A stretch of DNA of 64,000 nt from Owenia fusiformis (lineage: Eukaryota), in assembly GCA_903813345.2 (NCBI GenBank), contig CAIIXF020000001.1, forward strand, positions 30,814,001 to 30,878,000, written 5' to 3'. Under the pieces are notes generated by a model. That model ran no database searches, was not told where the DNA came from, and saw nothing but the letters and a program-made list of their open reading frames with translations. Every line of letters begins with the position of its first letter. The stretch's first letter is position 1. The translations under genes were made by a program, and so were the position numbers. Shown piece by piece: positions 12,001-21,362 of the stretch.

Positions 12001-15000
12001 TGGAACTTCAATGTCTTAATACAGTGTCAGACGATTGTTTTTTCACTGTTTTTTTTTTGACAAAATTCATTCTTTTGAAATATTCCGGATGAAATATTGA
12101 CTTTGTTCACAGTTTATAGAAGGACAGAATGCAGTCATGTTGGAATTCACTATATTGACCCATATCTCTTAATAACTCTGTGGTGAAGTAATGCAAATTT
12201 TAATGTATTACAATTGTTATTTTACATATAGGGTTTAACTGGCAGGGCTTGGTACAAACAGCAGGCCTCAAGAGCAGTCAACCAGGCTATAGGACGTGTT
12301 ATAAGACATAGGCAGGACTATGGAGCCATACTTCTCTGTGATAACAGGTACAACTTACTAGTACTGTATTTAGCAGTACCAAGCAATAAACCCATTTCAC
12401 TTTGATTCACCCTTATATATATAAATACAAACTTATCTAGAAGTCATGTAGGATCAAATATTTATGTTTTAGATTCTCCAATGCTGACAATGTTAATCAG
12501 CTCCCTCTATGGTTGCGTCCTAAAGTGACAAGTATTGGAAACTTTGGGCAGGCTGTAAGGGACCTCACTGAATTCTACAGGACTGCTGAGAAAACTGTTA
12601 GTATCAGTTTTATTCCCTGTTTCTTTTTAATTTCTAGGAATTTTGCATTTCAAGCAAGTTGCATATGTAGATTCACAACAGATGTTCAAACATATATTTA
12701 CTCTGTCTAAAAGATTTCTCATTACTAAATTATATCTTGTGAACATTTCAAAGTTTGAAGATGGATGCTTTAGTTGGTGTTCATGAGCTAAATGGTGCCT
12801 GCTATACATTTTAGTGAATGTGGATTCTGGTCATGGCATCAAGGCCTATGTCTACATGTATTTATACATATACTGTACATGTACAATACATTGATGCAAC
12901 CATTTTAGATGCCAGCCCCCAAACCAACCAGGAAGCGTATTGGGGCAGGTGACAAGGCATGCGAGACAGCATACTTTGAGCCCACAATCAACAGAGGTGC
13001 AGGTGTGAATGTGTTAGCTGCTAGCAGGATAGAGAATCATGTAAAGAGCCTCAAAAGAGTAGGTACGTATATGGACATGGATACATTAAGCACTTTATAC
13101 ACTGGAAAATGTCTTACAGCCAATACTACCTCTAGTTTGTATGTCTCATGCTCAGTTTCACAACTATCATTTGGTGAACATTTGATGAATATAATACAGT
13201 ATTGAGATTGCATATCCTATAACTTATTTTTCCTGATGTAGATTTAATGATGATATGCTCCTTAGATTCAGCCGATGTGTCAATTACAAAGTTGAAGATT
13301 GCTTATGAAGGAGATGACACCAGTCCCACTGCTGCCCCTGTTAATCTGCTTGATGCTCTGGAGAGCACACAGGTACAGACGATAACATACAGTACAATCT
13401 GTTGAATCTGAATGCCACTGAAACAGGCCAAAAGTGTTCAGATTGACATGTGTTCAAATTACGAGATTTTTCAACATTGAAGAACATTGCAGATTAAAGA
13501 ATGGGATGAAAAGAGTGTTCAATTTAGAGATGTTAAGATTAGAGAGGGGTTTGGATTAGAGGTGTGCACTGTTGGTAAATCACTTAATCGATCAACAAAA
13601 TATTTTAATTGATTAATCATAGATTAATCATTCTAATATAAATGATAGAGATCTGACATAATTTCCCTACAATATTCTAATACTTTAGTAGTAGGCGATA
13701 ATTCATTCGTTTGATTTGATTGCATACCTCTATTGAATAAAATATATCAATAAGATGTATGAGAAAACACAAAAACAACAAAGGTAAGCGTCTAGCTTAG
13801 GGTAACAGGCCCGTAAGACACTTTACTCCAAGGGGGGTGCGGTTTTTAGCTTACTAAAGAGAGTATTAAATTGTCATTTTTTGCCGCGTAAATCAAATCG
13901 CGTAAGACAGAGGGGGGGGGGGGGTCAGTTACTCCCTATATTGGTTTGGAATTAACAAATGCAACTTCCAAACGTTCCAATTGTTTTGTAGGGGGTATGA
14001 GGAGTGGTCCACTCCCCCTAGAAAATTTTACAGTTTTGAGATGTTATTTGGTGCTTTCAAAGTGTAAGTTTCTAAGTAGTACGCCACCACCACGGGAATA
14101 AGAGTTGAGTGAATAAAAAACCGAGCATTCAGGGGGTCTAGGGGTTCTCCCCCCAGGAAAATTTTGAAATTTGGTTGTATTTGGAGCGAATTTGCAACCA
14201 TCTGGTACGCCTGTGCGTTATGAGTCAATAAGAAAAATGTGAATTTTTTTCAAATTCTTTTGGGGGTGTCAAAGAGGATGAAGTGGGGTGGGGTGCCAGT
14301 AGGGGAGCAAGGTTTTGTCCCCCAGAAACATTGACCATATCAAGGTGCTATTTGATGATGTCTGGGCACTTAAAAAATGTCTGAGACAATACATGAAATT
14401 CAGAATATTTTCTTTTGTTTTGTGGGGGATGTGAGAGGTGGCCAACTCTCCTAGAAAATTTTACAATTTAAAGATGATATTTGGTGCTTCTGGGCACTTT
14501 TAAAGTGTATTAGTCAATAAAAACATTGAAAAACAATCACAATTTTTTCAAATTTTGGGGGTGTCAAAGGGGGAGGGGTGCCAGAGGGGGAGGTGGGGCT
14601 GGGGTGCCAGAGGGGGGGGGGCAAGTGTTTGTCCTCCTTATCAAAATTTACAATATCAAGGTGCTTTTCGATGAAGTTTGGGCACTTTAAAAGTGTCTGT
14701 GCCTAAAAGTGCCTATTTCCCAAGAAAATTTTACAATTTTAAGATGCTATTTTGGTGCTTTCTGGGCACTTTCAATTCAAAGGGTATGAGTCAATAAAAA
14801 AATTTGAAAAATCTCAATTTTTATTTATTTTTTGGGGGGAGGGAGGGGGAGGTGGAGTGGGGATGCTAGAGGGCGAGTAAGTGTTAGTCTTCCAGAATCA
14901 TTAACTTTATCAAGGAGCTATTTGATGATGTCTGGGCAATTTAAAAGTGTCTGAGACAATAAAACAAATTCAGAACTTTTCCAAAATTAAAGTAAATTAA

Positions 15001-18000
15001 AGAATTTGAGAAAATCAAAATTTTTTGGGGGGGATCAAGGGGGGGGGCCAGAGGGGGGGGGGGGGCGCCAGAGTGGGGGGGGGGGCGCCAGAGGGGGGGG
15101 GGTTATGCAAGTGCAAGATGCAAGAGGGGGAGCAAGTCCCCCAGAAACACTAACTATATCAAGGAGCTTTTTGATGATGTCTGGGCACTTTTAAAGTGTC
15201 TGAGACAAAACACTAAAATAAATTTAGAACTTTTCATCCATTGTTTTGTGGGGGGTGTGAGGGGTGGCCAATACCCCTAGAAAATTTTACAATTTTAAGA
15301 TGCTATTTGGTGCTTTCTGGGTACTTTCAAAGTGTATGAGTCAATGAAAAAAAAATTACAAAAAAATAATCAAATTTTTTTTGTGGGGTGACAAAGGGGG
15401 GTGCGGTCGCACCCATCGCACCCCCCCCCCCCCATCTGACGGCCCTGGGTAATTAGCTTGTTTGGCAGTTTGAGTTTTAAGCTTGGCATGTCAACCTGAA
15501 ATTAGGTCTCAATCAGTCAGTGACATCATGTAAGCTTACTCATGGCAGGATATTGAAGATTATCTTTTTGAGAATCAGTTAATTGAGTATTAAGAATCTT
15601 AATCGATTAAACTTGTGTCGATCAATTAATCGATGATCGATTAAAAATTTACACCTCTAGTTTGGATATACAGGTTTTACTGTATCATACCTTAATCCTA
15701 ATTACACATGGAATGATAAATGGATAAATATGTTTGATGAATTTATGCAAGATCTCCTGCCGATTCATTAGATTTACAGAAAATGTAAACAGTTAGCCTT
15801 CATTAGATATGTATTTTTAGGTTTTACCAGTTTCACCTCTGGAAAGATGTCTCTCATTGCATAAATATCAAAAACATAAATGCGCCTTCAATTGCGACAT
15901 CAATATACTTTAATACAAACCCTTTTTGAAAATATTAGAGCTTCAAAAGGATTACTCATATATATATTCCATGGTATTAATTGCCTTTTTGAAAAGTATA
16001 CCTGTTGAAGACCCCTGTAACTACCATAATTTCTTACTTTCCATTTCAGAAACCCCTCATTGACACAATGTGTAGTCCAGAACCAGTAAAGGTACTCTAA
16101 TCTTATTAACATATTTCTTTGTTTTGTCAAATTATTCCAGTAAAGTATCATTTACTGTTCGAATCATGTCAATAAATATGTGTATAAGTAAGGCATTTTA
16201 TTTTGCGTTTCCTCAGAAAAATGAACACATCATCCAATATAAATTTTCATGAGATAGTAAATCTTTATTATTCTTCAGCCTACTTCTCATCAGCTTGCTC
16301 TTGAAAAGAAGAAACTAGATTTAAAGAGGGGAACTAAAAGAAAGCTGGTTGTTAAGGTAAATATTAGTCATCAATAAAGTTATGTATGTAACATAATACA
16401 ATATCAATATAATAACCTATTTTAAATATGATCATTCACGTCAATGTGACAAAGTAGCGAAATTACAACCAATATGCATATAATGGGAGGCTTTAAAACT
16501 CAATGCTTTGGATTTAGTTTCATCCTTGAGCCCTCCCTCATAAAACATAAAAATTGTATATTTAATTGAATGATAGCACATTGTATTGAAATATGTTTTA
16601 TGAGAGCATAAGGTTTATTCAAGCTGTACTAATCCCGAAGAATTTAGAACTATCCCCAAATTGAGATTTATTTCATTTCCTGTCAAACCATGATATTTTG
16701 AAGCCTCCCCTAATACTTATTGTTTTGTTCAATGATTATAGCCGAACAAACCCAAACAAGAGACGAAGATCCCAGAAGCAACACCTTCATCAGCACCATC
16801 TATCAATAAACATATGGCAGAAAGTATATCATACCTTGAAAAGGTAAATAATATTTTCGCATCAAGATCCAATTGAGCTTTAAAGGTTGAATATCAAAAG
16901 AAATCAATCAAATTTTGTTCACTATGATCATGGTCAAAGTAAGTGAAGCTTGATCAAGTTGTACAACAGATAATGCACATTGTACACATTGTGAATACTA
17001 AATAGATGCATTGTACATGTACATTGTAGGTGAAGTTAGTGTTGAGTGGTGCATCATATAAGATGTTCTCTGGTGCAATGTTAGCATACAAGCAAAAAGA
17101 AGACTTCACCAATCTGGTCACAGTCCTTGCTGAACTGTTCACTGAAGACAAGAGACATGAACACTTATTCAGAGGTGATATTGAGGAGGAAGGGGGAATT
17201 GAATTGAGCACTTTAATTTAGATGATCGGATTTTCAGACTGCTGCTTTTAGCATATGTCTATTGTATATGAACATATTATTTAGGGGAGGATTTTAATAT
17301 TGAGGCCTCTTAAGTTGAAATTTTAAATACAGACTTATAGTAATTGGATCTATATGAACATTGAACAGTGACACCCATCTCACAACATGTTGTAATCAAC
17401 AACAATAACACAATAGTTGATTAATAAAATTCAGATATTCAGATTCCAGAGGGCCAGGATCAATTACAAATCTTAGTTCTAATGACATGAATTCAATTAC
17501 CGTTGTTAATATTTTGTCTCACTATGTTTACCTTAGATCAGGAAATTGTTAACTTCATTTGTAAACATGTACTTGAAGAATGTACAGGAAAACCAATTCT
17601 AATGTTTTCCTTAAGTACATAACTTCCTGCTTTCCAGGGAATGTGTAATGTCATGAGATAATGATGTTGATTTAAAAAAAAGTGTCACATATTGTCTTCC
17701 ATTGTTATAATTTTCCTGTCTGTTACAATTCACTTCAATATTCCAAAATATTTTTCAGGGTTCTACAAGTATGTCAAGCCAAAACACAAGAAAGAATTTG
17801 ATCAAATGTGCAAAGATATCACTGGGTTGGATTGTGACTATAAACCAGAGCACAGTTTGTCTAAGCAGCACAGGACTGTACCAAGCAAACAACGTACAAT
17901 TACACCTAGCTTCCCATTGGGGAACAAGTCTGGTGCAATAGCTGAAGTGATCAAAAGGAGGAAACTGGCCCCAGTTGCCTCAGGGTTCATTGATAAGGGA

Positions 18001-21000
18001 ACACTGCTTGGTCAACCTAAAGATAACATGAACACTGTAAGTGTATTGCACTAGATTAGTATATGATATGACATGAGAGTCTTCCTGCTTCTAAAATGGA
18101 TATTGCATGATTGATACAAATCTGTATACTGTCATTGTGTAATGTAAGTATATATATTCAGGCACATACAAGGGTTGTTCAATGAATACAGGTAAGATAT
18201 CACTGGGTTGAACATTCACATTCCAATAATACAGCCAACAGTGTAGAGTCTACAGTTGATGTATCAAAAAATGTAAAAACTGCAACAAATCCTGCTTCCA
18301 ATTCACATGACATTAGTGACCCAGTGATATCTGGACAAGAACAACAAGGGTTGTTCAATGAATACAGGTGCATACAAGGGTTGTTCAATGAATACTGCAA
18401 TGTAGTAGAAATGCTCCCATGTAGTTATCCTTGAGCCACTCAGGATGTACATTTGTTGTGTATTATGACTGCTCTCCCTCTGAGAATGTTCATACAGTTT
18501 GTATACTAATCAATTAACAGATTCAAACATGGGAGCCTTGAGCTCAAAAGACAAAGGCAGCTCGATATCATACCGCTGACTAATCATATCCCTCTTGCTT
18601 GATTCCTGTATGCTCTTATTTAGGTACAGCCAGCTACATAGTCATTTTGGAAAAATCTCCCATCAGAGTATTGTTTTCTTCAGACACAGTATGGCCAGAT
18701 ATGAATGTTAAACTTTTGACAGGCTCTTTGCATTACAATGTACAATTCAATAAGGAAATATGTATACATGTAATGTTGTTGTTTTTTTCATTTTAGAAAG
18801 CAAGTTCAAAGACCACAGCAGTATGTGATGACATTCCTCTCAGTTCATCTAGTGAGCTCATCTTCAAGATGCCCCACACAAGCTCACCACCACATAATAG
18901 CAATAAAATAAACCACACTCAAATGACTGGTGCATCTTCACATTCCAATAATACAGCCGACAGTGTAGAATCCACAATTGATGGACCAGAAAATATAAAA
19001 ACTACAACAAATCCTGCTTCCAATTCACATGACATTAGTGACTCCATAAGGCTAAATGGCAAAATTGTGCAAATGGACAAGAACTTAGAAGCTATAACTT
19101 CTTCTGGATATTTGGAAAAGAAACAAGACAATTCTGCTGATGTCTCTATAGATCTAGATATAAGCTTGCCACAGACTAAACCTCTAGCAAATAAAAAAGA
19201 TATCACTATTAATATCAAAGTCCACAGTCAAACTGGTTGTGCTAATAATGTTGATGGCGATAGCTCAAAGAAATCATCAGTCAAACCTAAAGATGACTCT
19301 AAACCTCAGAAAACAACAGGTAAGCGATACCTCCACATGTTGTATTTTTATTGATACCAACGAGGCAATAACTCATAACAATAAACCAATTTACCCATAA
19401 AGCAGGTTCATATACATGTATGTTCTTTCAACTGTGAAATAGACTTTAATTCAGCTGGAACTATCTAGAATCACACTCATGGCAAATATTTATGTATCTG
19501 TGTTTTAGGCTATACTTGTGGCAGATGTAAACAAGATGCAAAAGTTCCCTGTAAAGCTCTTTGTGAACATGTATGCTGTATCACTTGCTGGAAGGACATT
19601 TGTCAAGTAAGTGGTAGTTGCTTTAATGAAACATTAAAATATTACTATTTTAATTCCATTGATTTTACGTATTTTTTCAGATTTAGATTTTCATAATTTC
19701 AGCTGTACCTGTGGACTTATAACTGCTAAATGAAGTCCAGTAATAGTGCATTTGTAGTTTGTTGTTTTGTTGAATTTATAGATAAGTTTATATAAGGCTT
19801 AATTTTGATATATCGGTTTTTTGATTTGATAAAAATATTGATGTCTGTCAAAGATTTTAACAGAAGCCTGAAAACAAATTTCAGACATTGATAAAATGCA
19901 CTCAAACTTGGAACTTCAATTAGCATCATAAAATAGCCTTGAAAACCATTATTTAACATGTTTCTTTGACAGACACTGATGTTTTTGATATTGCCCATCA
20001 ACGCTGCAATAATTAATTCAAATGAACTCAAGGACATCATAACATGATACAGAGAAACCTGTTACATGTAAACATTTCAACCTTTGACCACCACATGCAC
20101 TGCTACCCACCTAGTTACACAGACGTATCGTCAGTGTATCATGGCTGAACTACTTCCGGGATTTGAATTTGGTAAGATATTTTTATTTCTCGATCTACAC
20201 CTACTTATAAGTTACGATGTGGATTATAATTTGGCTCGAAGTTATGGGAGATAGTCTAGTTTGAGAATGTGTCGATGGTTTTAGGTTTGGTATGTTAACG
20301 AAGACGCATTTCACATATTTAGTCCCTCGCTTTTGTTACACTGACGATCGGCATTAATATTGCCAATATTACACTGATATTGGTTGTACGTCAGTGTAAC
20401 AAAAGTGAGGGACTAAATACGTGAATTGTGTCTTCGTTAACATATAAAACCTAAAACCATCGACACATTCTCAAACTAGACTATCTTCCTTAACTTCGAG
20501 CCAAATTATTATCCACAACGTGACTTATAAGTAGGTGTAAATCGGGAAATAAAAAAATCTTATCGAAACCTAGTCACGGAAGTAGTTCCGCCATGATACA
20601 CTGACGATACATATCCTTGTGATATGTAATAAAATGAAATTGAACAATTGTAAAGGAAAAAGTTCATTAATTTGCCATAAAACAAACAAAAAACATCAAA
20701 ACATATATTTCTTTCCTTGTGATATCAGAATATAGTAACTCTTCAAAAAGAAATTTCACAGAAAAAAAATATTGTAATAATATACCACTTGAATTTCAAA
20801 CTTTCAACATTTCACTTTTTTCATAACTGATCAAAACTTCAATTGCTCCCATGAAGCCATTTACACTCACACAGTTTTTGCTCAAAGACCATGTAAATAC
20901 TGAACACTTTCAATTGTTAAATAAAAGAGCCAATCAATATTTGGGTTCAGTAATCTAAACTTTTACATAATATTGCCTTAAGGTATTAGACTTTAGAGGA

Positions 21001-21173
21001 GAACTGATCACTTTATAGAAGTGTTAACATTTACAGGTTTCAGTGTAGTTGGTCTAACAACAAGTCATGTTTTGTAGGGGGATAAGCTGTGTCCTGTCTG
21101 CAGTTCACCTGTGAGGAAGAGACATTTAGAAAGAATATATTTCCCCCATGGACCAAATAAACAAAATTCTTGA
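91..21173 (+). CDS. RTEL1: Regulator of telomere elongation helicase 1 (XPD/FANCJ-family Fe-S DEAH helicase); 5'-partial, 25 coding exons in window (~1120 aa)
   Basis: Manually spliced, all GT-AG and phase-consistent: join(91..166,350..434,4211..4430,4637..4681,4932..5010,6046..6146,6399..6538,6868..6952,7353..7485,7744..7898,8171..8256,8493..8654,11815..11952,12232..12347,12473..12596,12909..13062,13266..13372,16050..16091,16279..16356,16742..16843,17030..17174,17759..18036,18797..19319,19509..19606,21078..21173). Motifs: [107 protein letters not shown], harmonin-like domain, C-terminal RING. The C-terminal features favour RTEL1 over BRIP1/DDX11/ERCC2. The short linker exons (16050-16843) are the least certain. 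Confidence 0.96.
590..2093 (+). mobile_element. Helentron-associated non-autonomous element (HINE/DINE-1-like) with ~162-bp tandem array
   Basis: Subterminal inverted repeat ATGTCCCCAC (595-604)/GTGGGGACAT (2061-2070), 5' stem CCCCACA..TGTGGGG, (GTCC/GTCT)n microsatellite ~642-686, 3' small hairpin then cttgt; T-rich insertion site. Confidence 0.8.
1161..2045 (+). repeat. Satellite-like tandem array, ~162-163 bp unit, ~5.5 copies
   Basis: GCCATTTTGGATTTT-type unit starts at 1161, 1324, 1486, 1648, 1811, 1973. Confidence 0.92.
2362..3477. mobile_element. hAT-like non-autonomous TIR element
   Basis: Termini CAGCGCTTGCATTA / TAATGCAAGCCCTG; flanking direct repeat GGATATG (7 bp exact; 8 if one G was lost); interrupts the mariner reading frame. 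Confidence 0.8.
5330..5769. mobile_element. hAT-like MITE
   Basis: TIR TAGAAGTGTCAC / GTGACACCTCTA; 8-bp TSD GTGTAACT / GTATAACT (7/8); subterminal GACCCGA-type motifs. Confidence 0.8.
5812..6070 (+). repeat. Degenerate tandem duplication (~120-140 bp) of intron 3' end plus first 25 nt of an RTEL1 exon
   Basis: 5812-5928 (..ttattaattgTAG|atatatgtttgagctgtttggtaca) parallels 5950-6070 (..ttattgattgCAG|atacatatttgagctgtttggtaca). Confidence 0.8.
9299..9401. repeat. Short hairpin / mini-MITE with 25-bp perfect inverted arms
   Basis: TATGACCTGAATCGATTGCAAACTT (9299-9323) is the exact reverse complement of 9377-9401. Confidence 0.85.
9710..10912 (-). CDS. Ankyrin repeat and SOCS box protein (ASB-like), intronless, nested antisense in RTEL1 intron 8655-11814
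   Basis: 400-aa ORF with about 6 ankyrin-like repeats ([100 protein letters not shown]). C-terminal SOCS box: BC-box [14 protein letters not shown] followed by Cul5-box [12 protein letters not shown]. An in-frame stop lies 5 codons upstream of the ATG. Confidence 0.85.
   Translation of the reverse strand: MDLLGTLPYIIHSDSDCMCHLLNGAKLDPGKRKHQVVLLYSAVTGNTECIQTLLDVGMSEEWQSIKDNLEDQPVLTWTAKYASQDCKKLLKKYSPNLNMCSLLIQHALYFAAEGNHIECVKILLKYIETSDLDFEPRLYIDPLCVASEKGFAEIVKCILGKEVNINGCYGWPLREAAMSGKLTCVQVLLDNGASMAPPGIETILTTAIWRSRENIVLELLERGANPNQKCEIGSRRYPMEILMKNVLNGEQCKKVDLQILKHMLKYGALLDVCKLSKGTYCTFLNMKCAHIVLINVAITTSCLSCAQKIYIKSQEIFKNEPEQKEQLRIVHTKSVSLKNQAMRCIRKCLNSSGKLSHTKNFIRKVQNLPLPTEMKNDILYTGVCRDISETINTLSRERKE
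13557..15659. mobile_element. hAT-like MITE (middle element of nest)
   Basis: TIR TAGAGGTGT / ACACCTCTA; perfect 8-bp TSD GTTTGGAT (13549-13556, 15660-15667); subterminal ATCGATTAA motifs. Confidence 0.88.
13806..15447 (+). mobile_element. G-tract-rich non-autonomous TIR element with 5-bp TSD, copy 1 (innermost of nest)
   Basis: Termini CAGGCCCGTAAGA / TCTGACGGCCCTG; TSD GGTAA; closely similar to the copy at 31436-32850; internal sub-repeats. Confidence 0.9.
16484..16710. mobile_element. PIF/Harbinger-like MITE (degenerate)
   Basis: TAA-TGGGAGGCTTTAAAA ... TTTTGAAGCCTCCCC-TAA; 3-bp TAA flanks. Confidence 0.5.
18168..18395 (+). repeat. Intronic mosaic of duplicated RTEL1 exon fragments and short direct/inverted repeats
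   Basis: 18215-18320 copies exon sequence 18937-19042 (9 substitutions in 106, no indels); 18194-18210 equals 17813-17829; 22-bp repeat ACAAGGGTTGTTCAATGAATAC occurs three times. Confidence 0.9.
20125..20610. mobile_element. Fold-back element / long palindrome (~220-bp arms, ~40-bp spacer)
   Basis: GTATCGTCAGTGTATCATGGC... at 20125 pairs with ...GCCATGATACACTGACGATAC ending 20610; arms pair along their whole length with scattered mismatches. Confidence 0.9.
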
Positions 21174-21356
21174 TGGACATTTTACAGTTGAAAAGCAATA
21201 TTTAATTTATTTATAATAGCCAATTGCATGCTAAATTCTTCACTGCAGTGCATGATGATAGACATTATTTTTATAAAACTATTCAAAATTATGGAAAGCA
21301 GTGCTGCTATTACAAAAATGGAATTCATAAAACTGACTGAATATTTTTTTTTTTTA

Positions 21357-21362
21357 AATAAA
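21357..21362 (+). terminator. Candidate RTEL1 polyadenylation signal
   Basis: First AATAAA after the stop codon (~185 nt downstream); another near 21454. The AT-rich context makes this weak evidence. Confidence 0.35.

Larger units (their letters stand above)
13390..15682. mobile_element. pogo/Tigger-like MITE (outer element of a three-layer nest)
   Basis: TA-CAGTACAATCTGT...ACAGGTTTTACTG-TA termini; internal GTGTTCA(G/A)ATT..GAG sub-repeats; ~180 bp once the inner insertion is removed. Confidence 0.65.

Noticed and set aside
14028..14228. ORF repeated at 31657-31908 ([20 protein letters not shown]) as a duplicated small gene
   Set aside because: Both lie inside the two copies of the same non-autonomous element; starts and ends differ and there is no transposase motif.
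15006..15194. Gly-rich 62-aa ORF
   Set aside because: Translation of G homopolymer tracts within a TE.
17890..17913. QRTITPSF as a PCNA-binding PIP box in RTEL1
   Set aside because: Only a partial match (one aromatic residue); cannot be supported without conservation data.
18192..18367. Duplicated exon fragment as an in-frame cassette exon
   Set aside because: The frame is open, but the only nearby donor (AG|gtgcat) is phase 2 while the next exon needs phase 0; the acceptor lacks a pyrimidine tract and substitutions look neutral.
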